A DNA stretch of 64,000 nt. It comes from Malacoraja senta (lineage: Eukaryota). Shown here piece after piece: positions 1 to 11,292 of the stretch. Every line of letters begins with the position of its first letter. The first letter of the stretch is position 1. A program made the position numbers and the translations under genes. Where the stretch lies: positions 1-64,000 of the forward strand of contig JAXLNO010000546.1 of the NCBI GenBank assembly GCA_038087875.1. The letters run 5' to 3'. Under the pieces are notes generated by a model. That model searched no databases and was not told where the DNA came from. It worked only from the letters and a program-made list of their open reading frames with translations.

Positions 1-269
1 AGTGCCGCAAGGCTCGGTGTTGGGGCCGCAACTGTGTGTATTTTGTGTGTATCTTCGGTGTAAACCAGCATCTACAGCTCACAGTGCCCAGAGCAAACAA
101 ACATAATTGATGGCGCCCTCCCCTAATTCCCCATTTGATGGTGTTCTCCCCTAATTCCCCATTGTTGTGAAACAGGCCCTTCTGTCCTCCAAATGCACGC
201 TGGCCATAATTTTTGTAAATTACACTGTTGTGCAGGGAATAGATAAGAAAGTGGGATAACCTAGTTAGC

Positions 270-718
270 TTGAGTTAACGTACAAACACGTATGTCTGTG
301 AGATGTGGGAGGAAACCAGAGCACCTGGACAAATCATCATCATCTTCGGCGGTCACTCGAAACGAGTATGACAGCCCTCTCCTCTCCATAGGGTCGTCCA
401 CTTCTGGGTCTGCAGCTGTCTGTAGAGGCCGATCCGCAATCCACACACCTTGGTGCAATGTGGGCAGTGGAGACTGGCGGTAGTTGGTAGTCGTCGTGGC
501 CCCTTCTCTCTCCTTAATCTGCTGTCGCTTTGTCTCTGCGACACGGCGTAGTTTCATTTTGTGACGAGCAGCTCCTCCAGGAGTGCCTGTCCATTGCAAT
601 GAGCTCCCAGTTGCTTGATGTGATGTGGAATTTCTTCAGACTGTTCCTGGACAAAACTTACGCGGTCACAGGGAAAACATGCAAACTTCACAGACAACAC
701 CTGAGGTCAGGATCATAC
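270..718 (-). mobile_element. V-SINE (HE1/HER1-like) fragment, split by an RTE insertion
   Basis: Minus strand reads gatcctgacctcagg...gtttgcatgttttccctgtgaccgcg...tgctctggtttcctcccacat, resembling the V-SINE central domain; halves rejoin across 334-645. Confidence 0.65.
334..645 (-). mobile_element. 5'-truncated RTE-clade LINE 3' end
   Basis: C-terminal CPHCTKVCGLRIGLY zinc-finger-like motif, (gat)n tail, 10-bp TSD cctggacaaa at 324-333 and 646-655. Confidence 0.75.
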
Positions 719-740
719 TCAAATCTATGAGAACTCAAGT

Positions 741-1075
741 CTGAAATTGGAGAAGTCAATGTTCATACTGAAGAAGGGTTTCGGCCCGAAACGTTACCTA
801 TTTCCTTCGCTCCATAGATGCTGCTGCACCCGCTGAGTTTCTCCAGCATTTTTGTGTACCTTCATACTGCTATTTCCGGTAGTCCTTGCTTTCTCCCTCT
901 TTCCCCTCCTCTTCCCAGCTCTCCCACAGCCCACAGTCTCCGCCTGTTCCTGTCTTCTTGCCCCCCACCCACACATCAGTCTGAGGAAGGCTCTCGACCC
1001 AAAACGTAACCTATTCCTTCGCTCCATAGATGCTGCCTCACACATTGAGTTTCTCCAGCACTTTTGTCTACCATT
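741..1075 (+). mobile_element. Penelope-like terminal repeat fragments (two tandem copies)
   Basis: 768-860 and 977-1072 repeat the HHR-box + ccttcgctccatagatgctgc...tttctccagca unit that also follows the Penelope ORF at 13938-14040. Confidence 0.7.
768..795 (+). ncRNA. Minimal type-I hammerhead ribozyme core in Penelope pseudo-LTR
   Basis: CUGAAGA-A-GGGU(UUCG)GCCC-GAAA-CGUU; catalytic boxes and stem II present, helix I weak. Confidence 0.6.
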
Positions 1076-1244
1076 GGTGTCTAAACCCATGACTGTAAGC
1101 TTCAGGGATGAGCATCTGCTGACTTTACCTGGTCTTGTTATGTGACTCCAGGCCCCCAGTCATGTGGCCGACCCTTATCAACTCAAAAATGTCCCAGGGA
1201 AACATCCAGTTCAAAAGCGGTTGTGGATGGGAATAAATGTTAGT

Positions 1245-1555
1245 TCACTTCACTTGCACCTCCTCCAACCTCATGTACTGTATCCACTGTTCAAGGTGTG
1301 GACTCGTATACATCTGCGAGACCAAACGTAGACTGGGCGATCGTTTCGCTGAAAACCTTCGCTTAGTCTGCCTGGACCAACCTGATCTACCGGTTGCCAA
1401 ATCCTTTAAAACCCCATCCCGTTCCCACACTGACCTTTCTGTCCTGGGCCTCCTCCACATTCAGAGTGAGATGAAACACAAATTGGGGGAACAGCGTCTC
1501 GTATTTCACTTGGACAGCTTACAACCCAGCAGTATGAATATTGATTTCATGAATT
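1245..1555 (+). pseudogene. Penelope GIY-YIG endonuclease fragment
   Basis: FTCTSSNLMYCIHCSRCGLVYICETKRRLGDRF, matching the Penelope GIY-YIG ORF at 14147-14644. Confidence 0.85.
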
Positions 1556-2538
1556 GTTTCCATGTCCCAGCTACACTAGTGATCCCTTCTTACAAGGCTA
1601 ATGTAACTAACAATATTGCTAGTTCAGAGTCTTTAATGCTCTAGTGACCTACATTCTGGTGTAGATGTCTGACTACACACAACCAAAGGTCCATGAGATA
1701 TATGAACAATCTAGTTAGACCTGATGTCCCTGGTCTATTCTGCTTGACTAAGTCATAAACATAATGTTATTTAGCCCGAAGATATTATCATCGTGTCCAG
1801 TCACTGCTAATGCCATGTCTGGAACCGTTGTGCTGAACTCAGTGCCATGGGCATAACCACTTGTAGGCGAGTTTGACCAAGGACCGGGATGTAGCTGGAG
1901 CTCACCGACGAACAACGTGGCACAATGTTAACATCCTATATCTCTGCGTACCCAGGCCTGGGAGGTTTAGAGTTGAAGATACCCTTCATTACCTGAATCC
2001 CAGAGGGTGTTCCCCGCAGCCAGCATGATGAGAAGGCACTTTAGGCACAGTAAATAGCACTTTAACTTGATAATTGTGAACCCCATACAAAACTGACCTT
2101 CAAGCCGTCAGTCATCCGTACGGAGCTGAATGTAATATAACATAAAACAAATACCTCCCATCTCCTTATGAGATACTACTGTTTGGTGCTATCCCTGAAT
2201 CTGCAGTGAGCACATCCAAGGTATGGTTTGACAACCTGAGCGGCAGGAATGGCCTTCGCAGAGTCTGTAATCAAAGCATAGGTTATATCATGCAAAGGAT
2301 GGTTCCCCGAGTCATGGTAAAACCAGCACATTTTATGTCCAGAATTAACCATATAAGGTTCTGTCATCATTCCCCACATCAGCGGGAACCATGGCTGTAG
2401 AAGCCAGGCAGGCACTATGAAAATACCTGAAGCGGGAGCTTGCTGAATTTGCAAGACCCGTCTGATGAGGCAAAATGGAGGAATACTTTCCTCCCCAGTG
2501 TAGCGAGAATACATCCATCACCATTGATATGCCACATA

Positions 2539-4155
2539 CAGTGGCTTGCAAAATTATTCATACCCCTTGAACTTTTCCACATTTTGTCACGTTACAACCA
2601 CAAACGTAAATGTATTTTAGTGGGATTTTATGTGATAGACCAACACAAAGCGGCGCATAATTGTGAAGTGGAAGGAAAATGATACATGGTTTTCACATTT
2701 TTTTACAAATAAAAAACGGAAAAGTGTGGCGTGCAAAAGTATTCAGCCCCCTTTACTCTGATACCCCTAAATAAAATCCAGTGCAACCAATTGCCTTCAG
2801 AAGTCACCTAATTAGTAAATAGAGTCCACTTGTGTGCAATCTAATCTCAGTATAAATACAGCTGTTCTATGAAGGCCTCAGAGGTTTGTTAGAGAACATT
2901 AGTGAACAAACAGCATCATGAAGCCCAAGGAACACACCAGACAGGTCGGGGATAAAGTTGTGGAGAAGTTTAAAGCAGGGTTAGGTTATAAAAAAATATC
3001 CCAAGCTTTGAACATCTCACGGACCACTGTTCAATCCATCATCCGAAAATGGAAAGAGTATGGCACAACTGCAAACCTACCAAGACATGGCCGTCCACCT
3101 AAACTGACAGGCCGGGCAAGGAGAGCATTGATCAGAGAAGCAGCCAAGAAGCCCATGGTAACTCTGGAGGAGCTGCAGAGATCCACAGCTCAGGTGGGAG
3201 AATCTGTCCACAGGACAACTATTAGTCGTGCACTCCACAAATCGGCCCTTTATGGAAGAGTGGCAAGAAGAAAGCCATTGTTGAAAAAAAGCCATAAGAG
3301 TCCCGTTTGCAGTTTGCCACAAGCCATGTGGGGGACACAGCAAACATGTGGAGGAAGGTGCTCTGGTCAGATGAGACAAAAATTGAAGTTTTTGGCCTAA
3401 ATGCAAAACGTTATGTGTGGCGGAAAACTAACACTGCACATCACCCTGAACACACCATCCCCACTGTGAAACATGGTGGTGGCAGCATCATGCTGTGGGG
3501 ATGCTTTTCTTCAGCAGGGACAGGGAAGCTGGTCAGAGTTGATGGGTAGATGGATGGAGCCAAATACAGGGCAATCTTGGAAGGAAACCTGTTAGAGTCT
3601 GCAAAAGACTTGAGACTGGGGCAGAGGTTCACCTTCCAGCAGGACAACGACCTTAAACATACAGCCAGAGCTACAATGGAATGGTTTAGATCAAAGCATA
3701 TTCATGTGTTAGAATGGCCCAGTCAAAGTCCAGACCTAAATCCAATTGAGAATCTCTGGCAAGACTTGAAAATTGCTGTTCACAGACGCTCTCCATCCAA
3801 TCTGACTGAGCTTGAGCTATTTTGCAAAGAAGAATGGGCAAAAATTTCAGTCTCTAGATGTGCAAAGCTGGTAGAGACATACCCCAAAAGACTTGCAGCT
3901 GTAATTGCAGCGAAAGGTGGTTCTACAAAGTATTGACTCAGGGGGGCTGAATACTTTTGCACGCCACACTTTTCAGTTTTTTTATTTGTAAAAAAATTTG
4001 AAAACCATGTATCATTTTCCTTCCACTTCACAATTATGCACCACTTTGTGTTGGTCTTTCACATATAATCCCAATAAAATACATTTACGTTTGTGGTTGT
4101 AACGTGACAAAATGTGGAAAAGTTCAAGGGGTATGAATACTTTTGCAAGCCACTG
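2539..4155 (+). mobile_element. Tc1/mariner DNA transposon (IR/DR type, Passport/Eagle-like), full length
   Basis: TA TSD (2537-2538, 4156-4157); ~210-bp TIRs starting cagtggcttgcaaaa with internal gcaaaagtattca repeat. Confidence 0.95.
2918..3936 (+). pseudogene. Tc1 DD34E transposase with one frameshift (~3300) and one stop (3547-3549)
   Basis: [29 protein letters not shown] across ORFs 2918-3400, 3307-3549, 3550-3936. Confidence 0.95.
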
Positions 4156-4959
4156 TATATTGCAACTGGTGATTGAGCCCGGATGCAGACATTTCGATCT
4201 TCAGCGTTTCATCGAGCCACAATGTAATTAAACACTTAGCGATCCAACATCAATTCTGTATTGACAATTGATGATATACCAGTGCTAGATGAGGTTAGGT
4301 AATTTATCACCGGATACTTTGACTGATTATACCCATGTGATCAACATATACCTCCACCAAAGTGAATCAACTTGGACTTAAGCATGCACCCCTTAATCCA
4401 CAGAATGCACCTGTTGTAAGTAGTTGATACCATATAATAGTAAGATTAAACGAGAACTTACCAGTTTGAAGTTTGATCTGTATTTTATGAGGAGTTACGA
4501 TGAGGGATTACGTGAAGAACCCGTCCAGCACGCATGCACGACATACTTCAAAGCAGCGGTGTGGAATCACAGGAAACACAATAATTGAAATAAACATAGT
4601 AAAGAAAAGGAGAACTAAAATACCAGTTGATCTCTATAATTGAGGGTGGGAGCGGAGGGCACGTAATCCCTCATCGTAACTCCTCATAAAATACAGATCA
4701 AACTTCAAACTGGTAAGTTCTCGTTTAATCTTACTATTTTACTTCGGAGTCACGTGAGTGACTACGTGAAGATTTTAACGCTCTGTGATTTCAAACCGTG
4801 TAACAGTTCATACTTCACTCGCTGCCGAAGTCATTCAAGGGAGGAAGTATGTTATCGTAATCAACCATGAATCTGTTTGTAAACAATAATGGTATTTATT
4901 AAACAATAACAAAAGAAAAATGCTCCCCCAGGCTTAAATTATATATTTGCAGATTGTAA

Positions 4960-5880
4960 AACTCTTTCTGCAAATAACACAGGTTCTGCTAGCGGCTTGT
5001 TGTAGAACGTTCGGAACGTTTTCTCCATGGACCACCCCGCTGTAGCCAGGATGTGGTCCAGTGGCACGTCCATCCTTTTAGCCGCCGATGTGGATGCTGC
5101 CCTGGTGGAGTGAGATGTATATACGTCAGTATCTACTCCAGCAGCTCAGAGTACCTGCTTGAGCCATCTTGAGACGGTTTGGCTCGACACCTGACCATGA
5201 GGTTTCTTGTGGCTGACCCATAAGGCTTTTTCTCTCCCTCGGGAATCTCTTGTTGTGTTGATATAAGTGAGTAGGTGAGTCATGACACACAACCGTGGGT
5301 CAGGTGGGTATGCCTGGAAATCCATAACTAGGCCTGAAGTTCCTGGCCTGCTCTGCTTCACCAGCACCTGAATGGTGAATGAGACCCGGTCTGGTGTTAT
5401 AACCATGTTGTCCAGTCGCAGTAAGTGGAGGGTCTGGACTCTTTGTGCTGAGACTAGTGCCATCAGCATGACCGTTTTCTGGGTTAGCTGTTCCAGGGTG
5501 AGAGACCTGGCTGGTGACCATCCCCTTAGGTATGTCAGGACCACACTGACATCCCAGATTCTGGTGTATCTAGGTCTAGGGGGGGGATGGAGTTGAATAT
5601 ACCCCTCATGAGTTTGATCACCAGCGGGTGAGACCCTATGGCCTTTTGTCCTTGTACTTGTTTTAAGTAAGCTGACAGAGCACTTCTGGCAGTGTTGATG
5701 GCGCTGTAGCTCAGTCCTTCATTATGGTGAAGGCCAGCCAGGAACTCCAGTACATTGGTTATGGTTACAGATTCGTATGTTGTCCCAGTAGTCGAGCAGT
5801 ATCTTTCCACTTCCTGATACTCGATATGTATTGTTTCCTGGTGGACATACGGTGGGACGCTGTCATGGTGTTGATGGTCC
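4960..5880 (-). pseudogene. DIRS tyrosine recombinase (disrupted)
   Basis: LMALVSAQR, KQSRP, HSTR, AGWS...FY motifs over ORFs 5535-5810, 5146-5544 and the in-frame continuation past the stop. Confidence 0.9.
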
Positions 5881-5882
5881 TG

Positions 5883-7929
5883 TCAGGTAATCCCAGGCCC
5901 AGCAGTGGTCTTTTCATAATCTGCAACCCAGTAGGTTAATTCTGTCATGGCATGGCTTATGCCTGATACCGGATGAGTCAATAAGTCTGGGCTACTGGGA
6001 AAGGTCATAGGAGTTTCGAGGACCATATCGAGGACCACTGGAAACCATGGCTGTGTAGGCCAGTCGGGTACTATCAAAATACCTGAAGCAGAGTCCATCT
6101 GTATTTTGCGTAGTACCCTACTGATGAGGCAGAAGGGGGGGAAAGCATAAAATAAATAGTTTCCCCAGTTCAGCGCGAATGCATCTATCGCTGCTGCCTC
6201 AGGGTCTGGTTCCCAAGCGACATACATTGGTACCTGGTGATTTAGTCTGGATGCAAAGAGATCGATATCTGGTGTGCCATATTGCTTTGTAATTTTAGCA
6301 AAAGCTCTAGGATTTAACATCCATTCGGTGTTATCGTTGAATTTGCGTGACCTGGTGTCTGCCACTGTATTTAGCTTACCTGGTAGGTAAGTTGCTGATA
6401 GCCAAATATGTCTTGTGACACACCATTTCCAGATTTGGTTGATCAAATTGTCACATGATATCGATTTTATTCTGCCCATATGGTTAATATAGGCCACCAC
6501 CGTGGTATTATCAATTTGTAAACGAACATGCAGATGGTGCATATTCGTCGAATATGCTTTTAAACCATAAAATGCACCCAACATTTCCAAATAATTTATG
6601 CCCAGTGGTTGTAGTAAAGACGATTCCAGGTTAGTCCATCTACCACCTGTGCTGGATATGGTATTAGTTGCTCCACAGCCTTGAGCACTGGCATCTGTTT
6701 GTATAGTTAATGTTAGGTTTTTGATGATGATAGGGCTGGAACTATGCCAAATGTGCTCTATCCACCACTGTAACTCTGATATAGCTTCAATGGGTAATTT
6801 CATGGTTCGGTCAAAGTGACCTGCATGTCGTTTTAACGCCTGTACTTTTGCCCTTTGTAGGTTTTGATCGTGCAGGGGTCCAAATTGTGTAGCTGGAAAT
6901 GCTGCTACCATTTTGCCAATTACTCTTGCCACTTGTCGGATGGTTGGTCGATTGCTAACCATTAAATTGTTACACGTCTGTGACAATTCTGCTGCTTTAT
7001 GTTTTGGCAACGTTACAGACATGTGGACTGAGTTAATTGTGAATCCCAGATAGTCCATAGTTGTGGATGGCATCAACTTAGATTTATCTGGATGTATGAC
7101 AAATCCCAGGGTTTCAAACAATTGTTTGGTAGCTAATACAGCTGATTTAGCCAACCATGGTTTTGCCTACTATTAGAATATCATCAAGATATGCCATGAC
7201 AATATGTCTCTGTTTTCTTAATGTTGCCAAGGCTGGTTTTAATATCTTGGTAAATGGTCTTGGTGCTGATGTTCACCCATTAGTCAACGCTTTATACTAC
7301 CATAGTTGCCCCATCCAGGTAAATTCCAGGTATCTGCGATGATCCTTTTGAATGGATACTGTATAGTAGGCATCTTTTAAATCAATGCTTGCCATAAAGT
7401 ATCCTTTGGAAATCAGTTGTTTGGCAGTTACAAATGTATCCATTTTGAAATGTACATACTTAACAAAAGTATTTAGTGAGGTTAAGTCAATGAGGATGCG
7501 ACATCCACCATCTTTTTTGGTTTTGGTAAATATATTTGAGACAAATTCCGAAGGCTCATGTTTGGATTTCTCAATGATACCCTTTGTAAGTAACCTCACC
7601 AGTTCTGCTTGACCCTCTAGTTTCTGTTTGACTGAGAGGGTAAAGACCCTTTGGGGTACGTGCTGAACTGGTGGCATATTTGCTTGAATGAACTCTATTT
7701 TGTATCCACGAATACTGTTAAGAATATAACTATCATTCGTGATAGACCTCCATGCTTCAATGAACAGGTGTAATCTCCCCCCTGTTAGTACAGTTCCCCC
7801 ACTTTTTATATGCTGGTAGGAACCAGACTCACCTACCTCCATAGTTATGGGAGTGTTCCTTTCTTCAGTTTCTTCATCCGTGGTTGTACTACTGAATGTA
7901 CTGCTGGTTGGGGGTGGCGCATTTTCCAT
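5883..7929 (-). pseudogene. DIRS RT-RNase H-methyltransferase-like ORF (disrupted)
   Basis: SIDLKDAYY, YLDD region ~7180, QTDAS, INYLE, DNTT, DLFASRLN, YAFPPF in ORFs 7297-7929 and 5883-7154. Confidence 0.92.
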
Positions 7930-9138
7930 GGGCCCTGCCCTAAAAAAGGATTTCGGGGATAGTATGCGGATCCCGAGCTTTCACCAGTCCGATAAGTTTG
8001 ACGTCAACTGGTGGACGCGGTGGAGTACTGCCGTCTGGTTTGTGTGGGTCTGTTCGTTCCGGGGCATGCCCTCATGAGGCCGAATACTTTGGCCTCTTCC
8101 TCCGGGTCTTTCACTTGTTTTGTCAAGTCCTTTCCAAATATCAGGATCTGTGGGAGAAGCGATGTCCAGTGCATTGTAGAGCACTGATGTGGGAGTGCCT
8201 GAGTTCCCTTGGCGAGACTGCTCCAGCTCCCGAAGCAAGTCTCGCTGGAGCATTTGCTCCACGAGCCTTTCCATGCGGCTCAGGCGGCTAGCTCTGCCGC
8301 TCTCAGGCGGAGAGTCCTCCTCATTGGAATCAGAAATAAACGGTCGGTCAGTTTCAACAGGGGGCGCTACACTGAGGGCAGACTCTGCCTGCAGCCTGTT
8401 CGTTTTTTTCCATCTTTTTTAATTTTTAGTTTGATGTTTGTTTGGGGGGCAAATTTGGATTTTCTATGTGGGGGAGGGGGGTAGGGTAAGGGGGAAACTG
8501 TTTCCCAGTCGCTTCCTGGCGGGGACGCGGCTATTTCTCCAAGTCACGTCCTCGCCCCTCTCCTCGCGGCCTACTACCTGGATCGGAGCGGCCTTTCGTG
8601 CCGGGGACCGGGAACTGGACCTGAGCTGCAACAGCGGCGGCGCGGCGCTGGATTCACCGCGGAGCGGACGATGCCTACCTGGATCGCCGCTTGGAGCTCG
8701 TGGAGCTGCGGTTTGGGAGAGCTTCCAGCGTTTGGGAGAGCTCCAACATCGTGGAGCTGCGGTTTGGGAGAGCTTCCAGCGCGGCCGGCGCTGAATAACA
8801 TCACGGAGTCCTGGGGCCCTTTGCCGAGGGCCGCCAGCATTGCATCTCTGCCCGGCGCGGCCTGCGGACTTTGGGAGCCGTGGATTCCGGTGGGAGGTGG
8901 CTGACTCTGATGTCCAGGCCGCTGAGGTCACCCAGCCCCGACGTCGGACTTACATCACCCCGGCGAGCGGGCCTGAACATCGGACCGCCCGTAGCGGCGA
9001 CTGCGGTGGGCTCGGGGAGGCCCCGACCACGGGTGAACAGCGGGGAACATTGGAGGAAGACGACTGACTTTGGTGCCTTCCCTCACAGTGGGAAAATTTG
9101 ATTGTGCTGTGTGGGGATGTTTTATGTTGAACTCTATC

Positions 9139-9210
9139 ATATAACCATATAACCATATAACCATTACAGCACGGAAACAGGCCATCTCGGCCCTTCAAGT
9201 CCGTGCCGAA

Positions 9211-9268
<58 letters not shown>

Positions 9269-11292
9269 TTTTAAACTAAATACTTCCCCCTAGTCCAATC
9301 TACCTGCACTCAGACCATAACCCTCCATTCCTTTCCCGTCCATATACCCATCCAATCTATTTTTAAAGGATAAAATCGAACCAGCCTCCACCACTTCCAC
9401 TGGAAGCTCATTCCACACAGCTACCACTCTCTGAGTAAAGAAGTTTCCCCTAATGTTACCCCTAAACTTCTGTCCCTTAATTCTCAAGTCATGTCCCCTT
9501 GTTTGAGTCTTCCCTACTCTCAATGGAAAAAGCTTATCCACGTCAACTCTGTCTAACCCGCTCATAATTTTAAAGACCTCTATCAAATCCCCTCTTAACC
9601 TTCTGCGCTCCAAAGAATAAAGACCTAACTTGTTCAACCTTTCTCTGTAACTTAGTTGCTGAAACCCAGGCAACATTCTAGTAAATCTCCTCTGTACTCT
9701 CTCTATTTTGTTGACATCCTTCCTATAATTAGGCGACCAAAATTGTACTCCATACTCCAGAATTGGCCTCACCAATGCCTTGTACAATTTTAACATTACA
9801 TCCCAACTCCTATATTCAATGCTCTGATTTATAAAGGCCAGAACCCCAAAAGCTTTCTTTACCACCCTATCTACATGAGATTCCACCTTCAGGGAACTAT
9901 GCACAGTTATTCCTAGATCCCTCTGTTCAACTGCATTCCTCAATTCTCTACCATTTACCATGTACGTCCTATTTTGATTTTTCCTGCCGAGATGTAGTAC
10001 CTCACATTTATCAGCATTAAACTCCATCTGCCATCTTTCAGCCCACTCTTCCAAATGGCCTAAATCTCTCTGTAGACTTTGAAAATCTACTTCATTATCC
10101 ACCACACCACCTATCTTAGTATCTAGAAAGGCGCTATATAAATATAATCCATTATTATTATTATTATTATTATCTGCATACTTACTAATCCAATTTTCCA
10201 CACCATCATCCAGATCATTGATGTACATGACAAACAACAGTGGACCCAAAACAGACCCCTGAGGCACCTCACTAGTCACCGGCCTCCAACCTGACAAACA
10301 GCCATCCACCATTACTCTCTGGCATCTCCCATTCAGCCACTGTTGAATCCATCTTGCTACTCCACCATTAATACCCAACAATTGAATCTTCTTAACCAAC
10401 CTTCCACGAGGAACCTTGTCAAAGGCCTTACTGAAGTCCATATAGACAACATCCACTGCTTTATCCTCATCAATTTCCCTAGTAACCTCTTCGAAAAATT
10501 CTAGAAGATTAGTCAAACATGACCTTCCAGGCACAAATCCATGTTGACTGTTCCTAATCAGACCCTGTTTATCCAGATGCTTATATATATTATCTTTAAG
10601 TATCCTTTCCATTAATTTGCCCACCACTGACGTCAAACTAACAGGTCTATAATTGCTAGGTTTACTCTTAGAACCCTTTTTAAACAACGGAACAACATGC
10701 GCAGTACGCCAATCCTCCGGCACTATTCCGGTTTCTAATGACATTTGAAATATTTCTGTCATAGCCCCTGCTATTTCTACACTAACTTCCCTCAATGTCC
10801 TCGGGAATATCCTGTCAGGACCTGGAGACTTATCCATTTTCATATTTTTCAAAAGTGTCCGCACCTCCTCTTCTTTGAATCTCATAGTTTCCATTGCTAC
10901 TCTGCTTGTTTCCCTTACCTCACATAATTCCATATCCTTCTCCTTGGTGAATACCGAAGAAAAGAAATTGTTCAGTATCTCCCCCATCTCTTTTGGCTCT
11001 GCAGATAGCTGTCCACTCTGACTCTCTAATGGACCAATTTTATTCCTTGTTATCCTTTTGCTATTAATATAGCTGTAGAAACCCTTTGGATTTACTTTCA
11101 CCTTACTTGCCAAAGCAACCTCATACCTTCTTTTAGCTTTTCTAATTTCTTTCTTAATATTCTTTTTACATTCTTTATACTCCTCAAGCACCTCATTTAC
11201 TCCATGCTGCCTATAATTATTGTAGATCTCTCTCTTTTTCCGAACTAAGTGTCCAATTTCCCTTGAAAACCATGGCTCTTTCCAATTTTTAC
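9139..11292 (-). mobile_element. 5'-truncated CR1 LINE (RT domain, no endonuclease)
   Basis: KSPGPD, NYRPVSLTS, DFSKAFD, PQGSVLGP, YAD[insert]D; (tatatggt)n tail at 9139-9163. Confidence 0.95.
10124..10171 (+). mobile_element. 48-bp L2-type 3' tail insertion inside the CR1 YADD motif
   Basis: tagaaaggcgctatataaat...cc(att)n; absent from sister CR1 (36546-36560); same tail as 25839-26104. Confidence 0.85.

Noticed and set aside
981..1008. Second hammerhead as an active ribozyme
   Set aside because: GAAA box mutated to AAAA and stem II mismatched.
4436..4738. 79-bp perfect inverted repeat as a MITE or miRNA hairpin
   Set aside because: Explained by the DIRS right extension/ICR architecture, repeated at 34507-34812 and 43608-43904.
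5883..6330. DNA methyltransferase-like motifs (DLFAS, FPPF) as a novel defence gene
   Set aside because: Standard MT-like domain of DIRS1 elements.
9084..9090. CACAGTG resembling a V(D)J RSS heptamer (also 41850, 58972)
   Set aside because: No nonamer at 12/23 spacing and no Ig/TCR segment; it is part of the retroposon hairpin.
8438..9213. Cluster of overlapping ORFs in GC-rich DNA (also 41080-41967, 46772-47285, 52898-53416)
   Set aside because: Open in many frames because of GC content; frames are not conserved between family copies.
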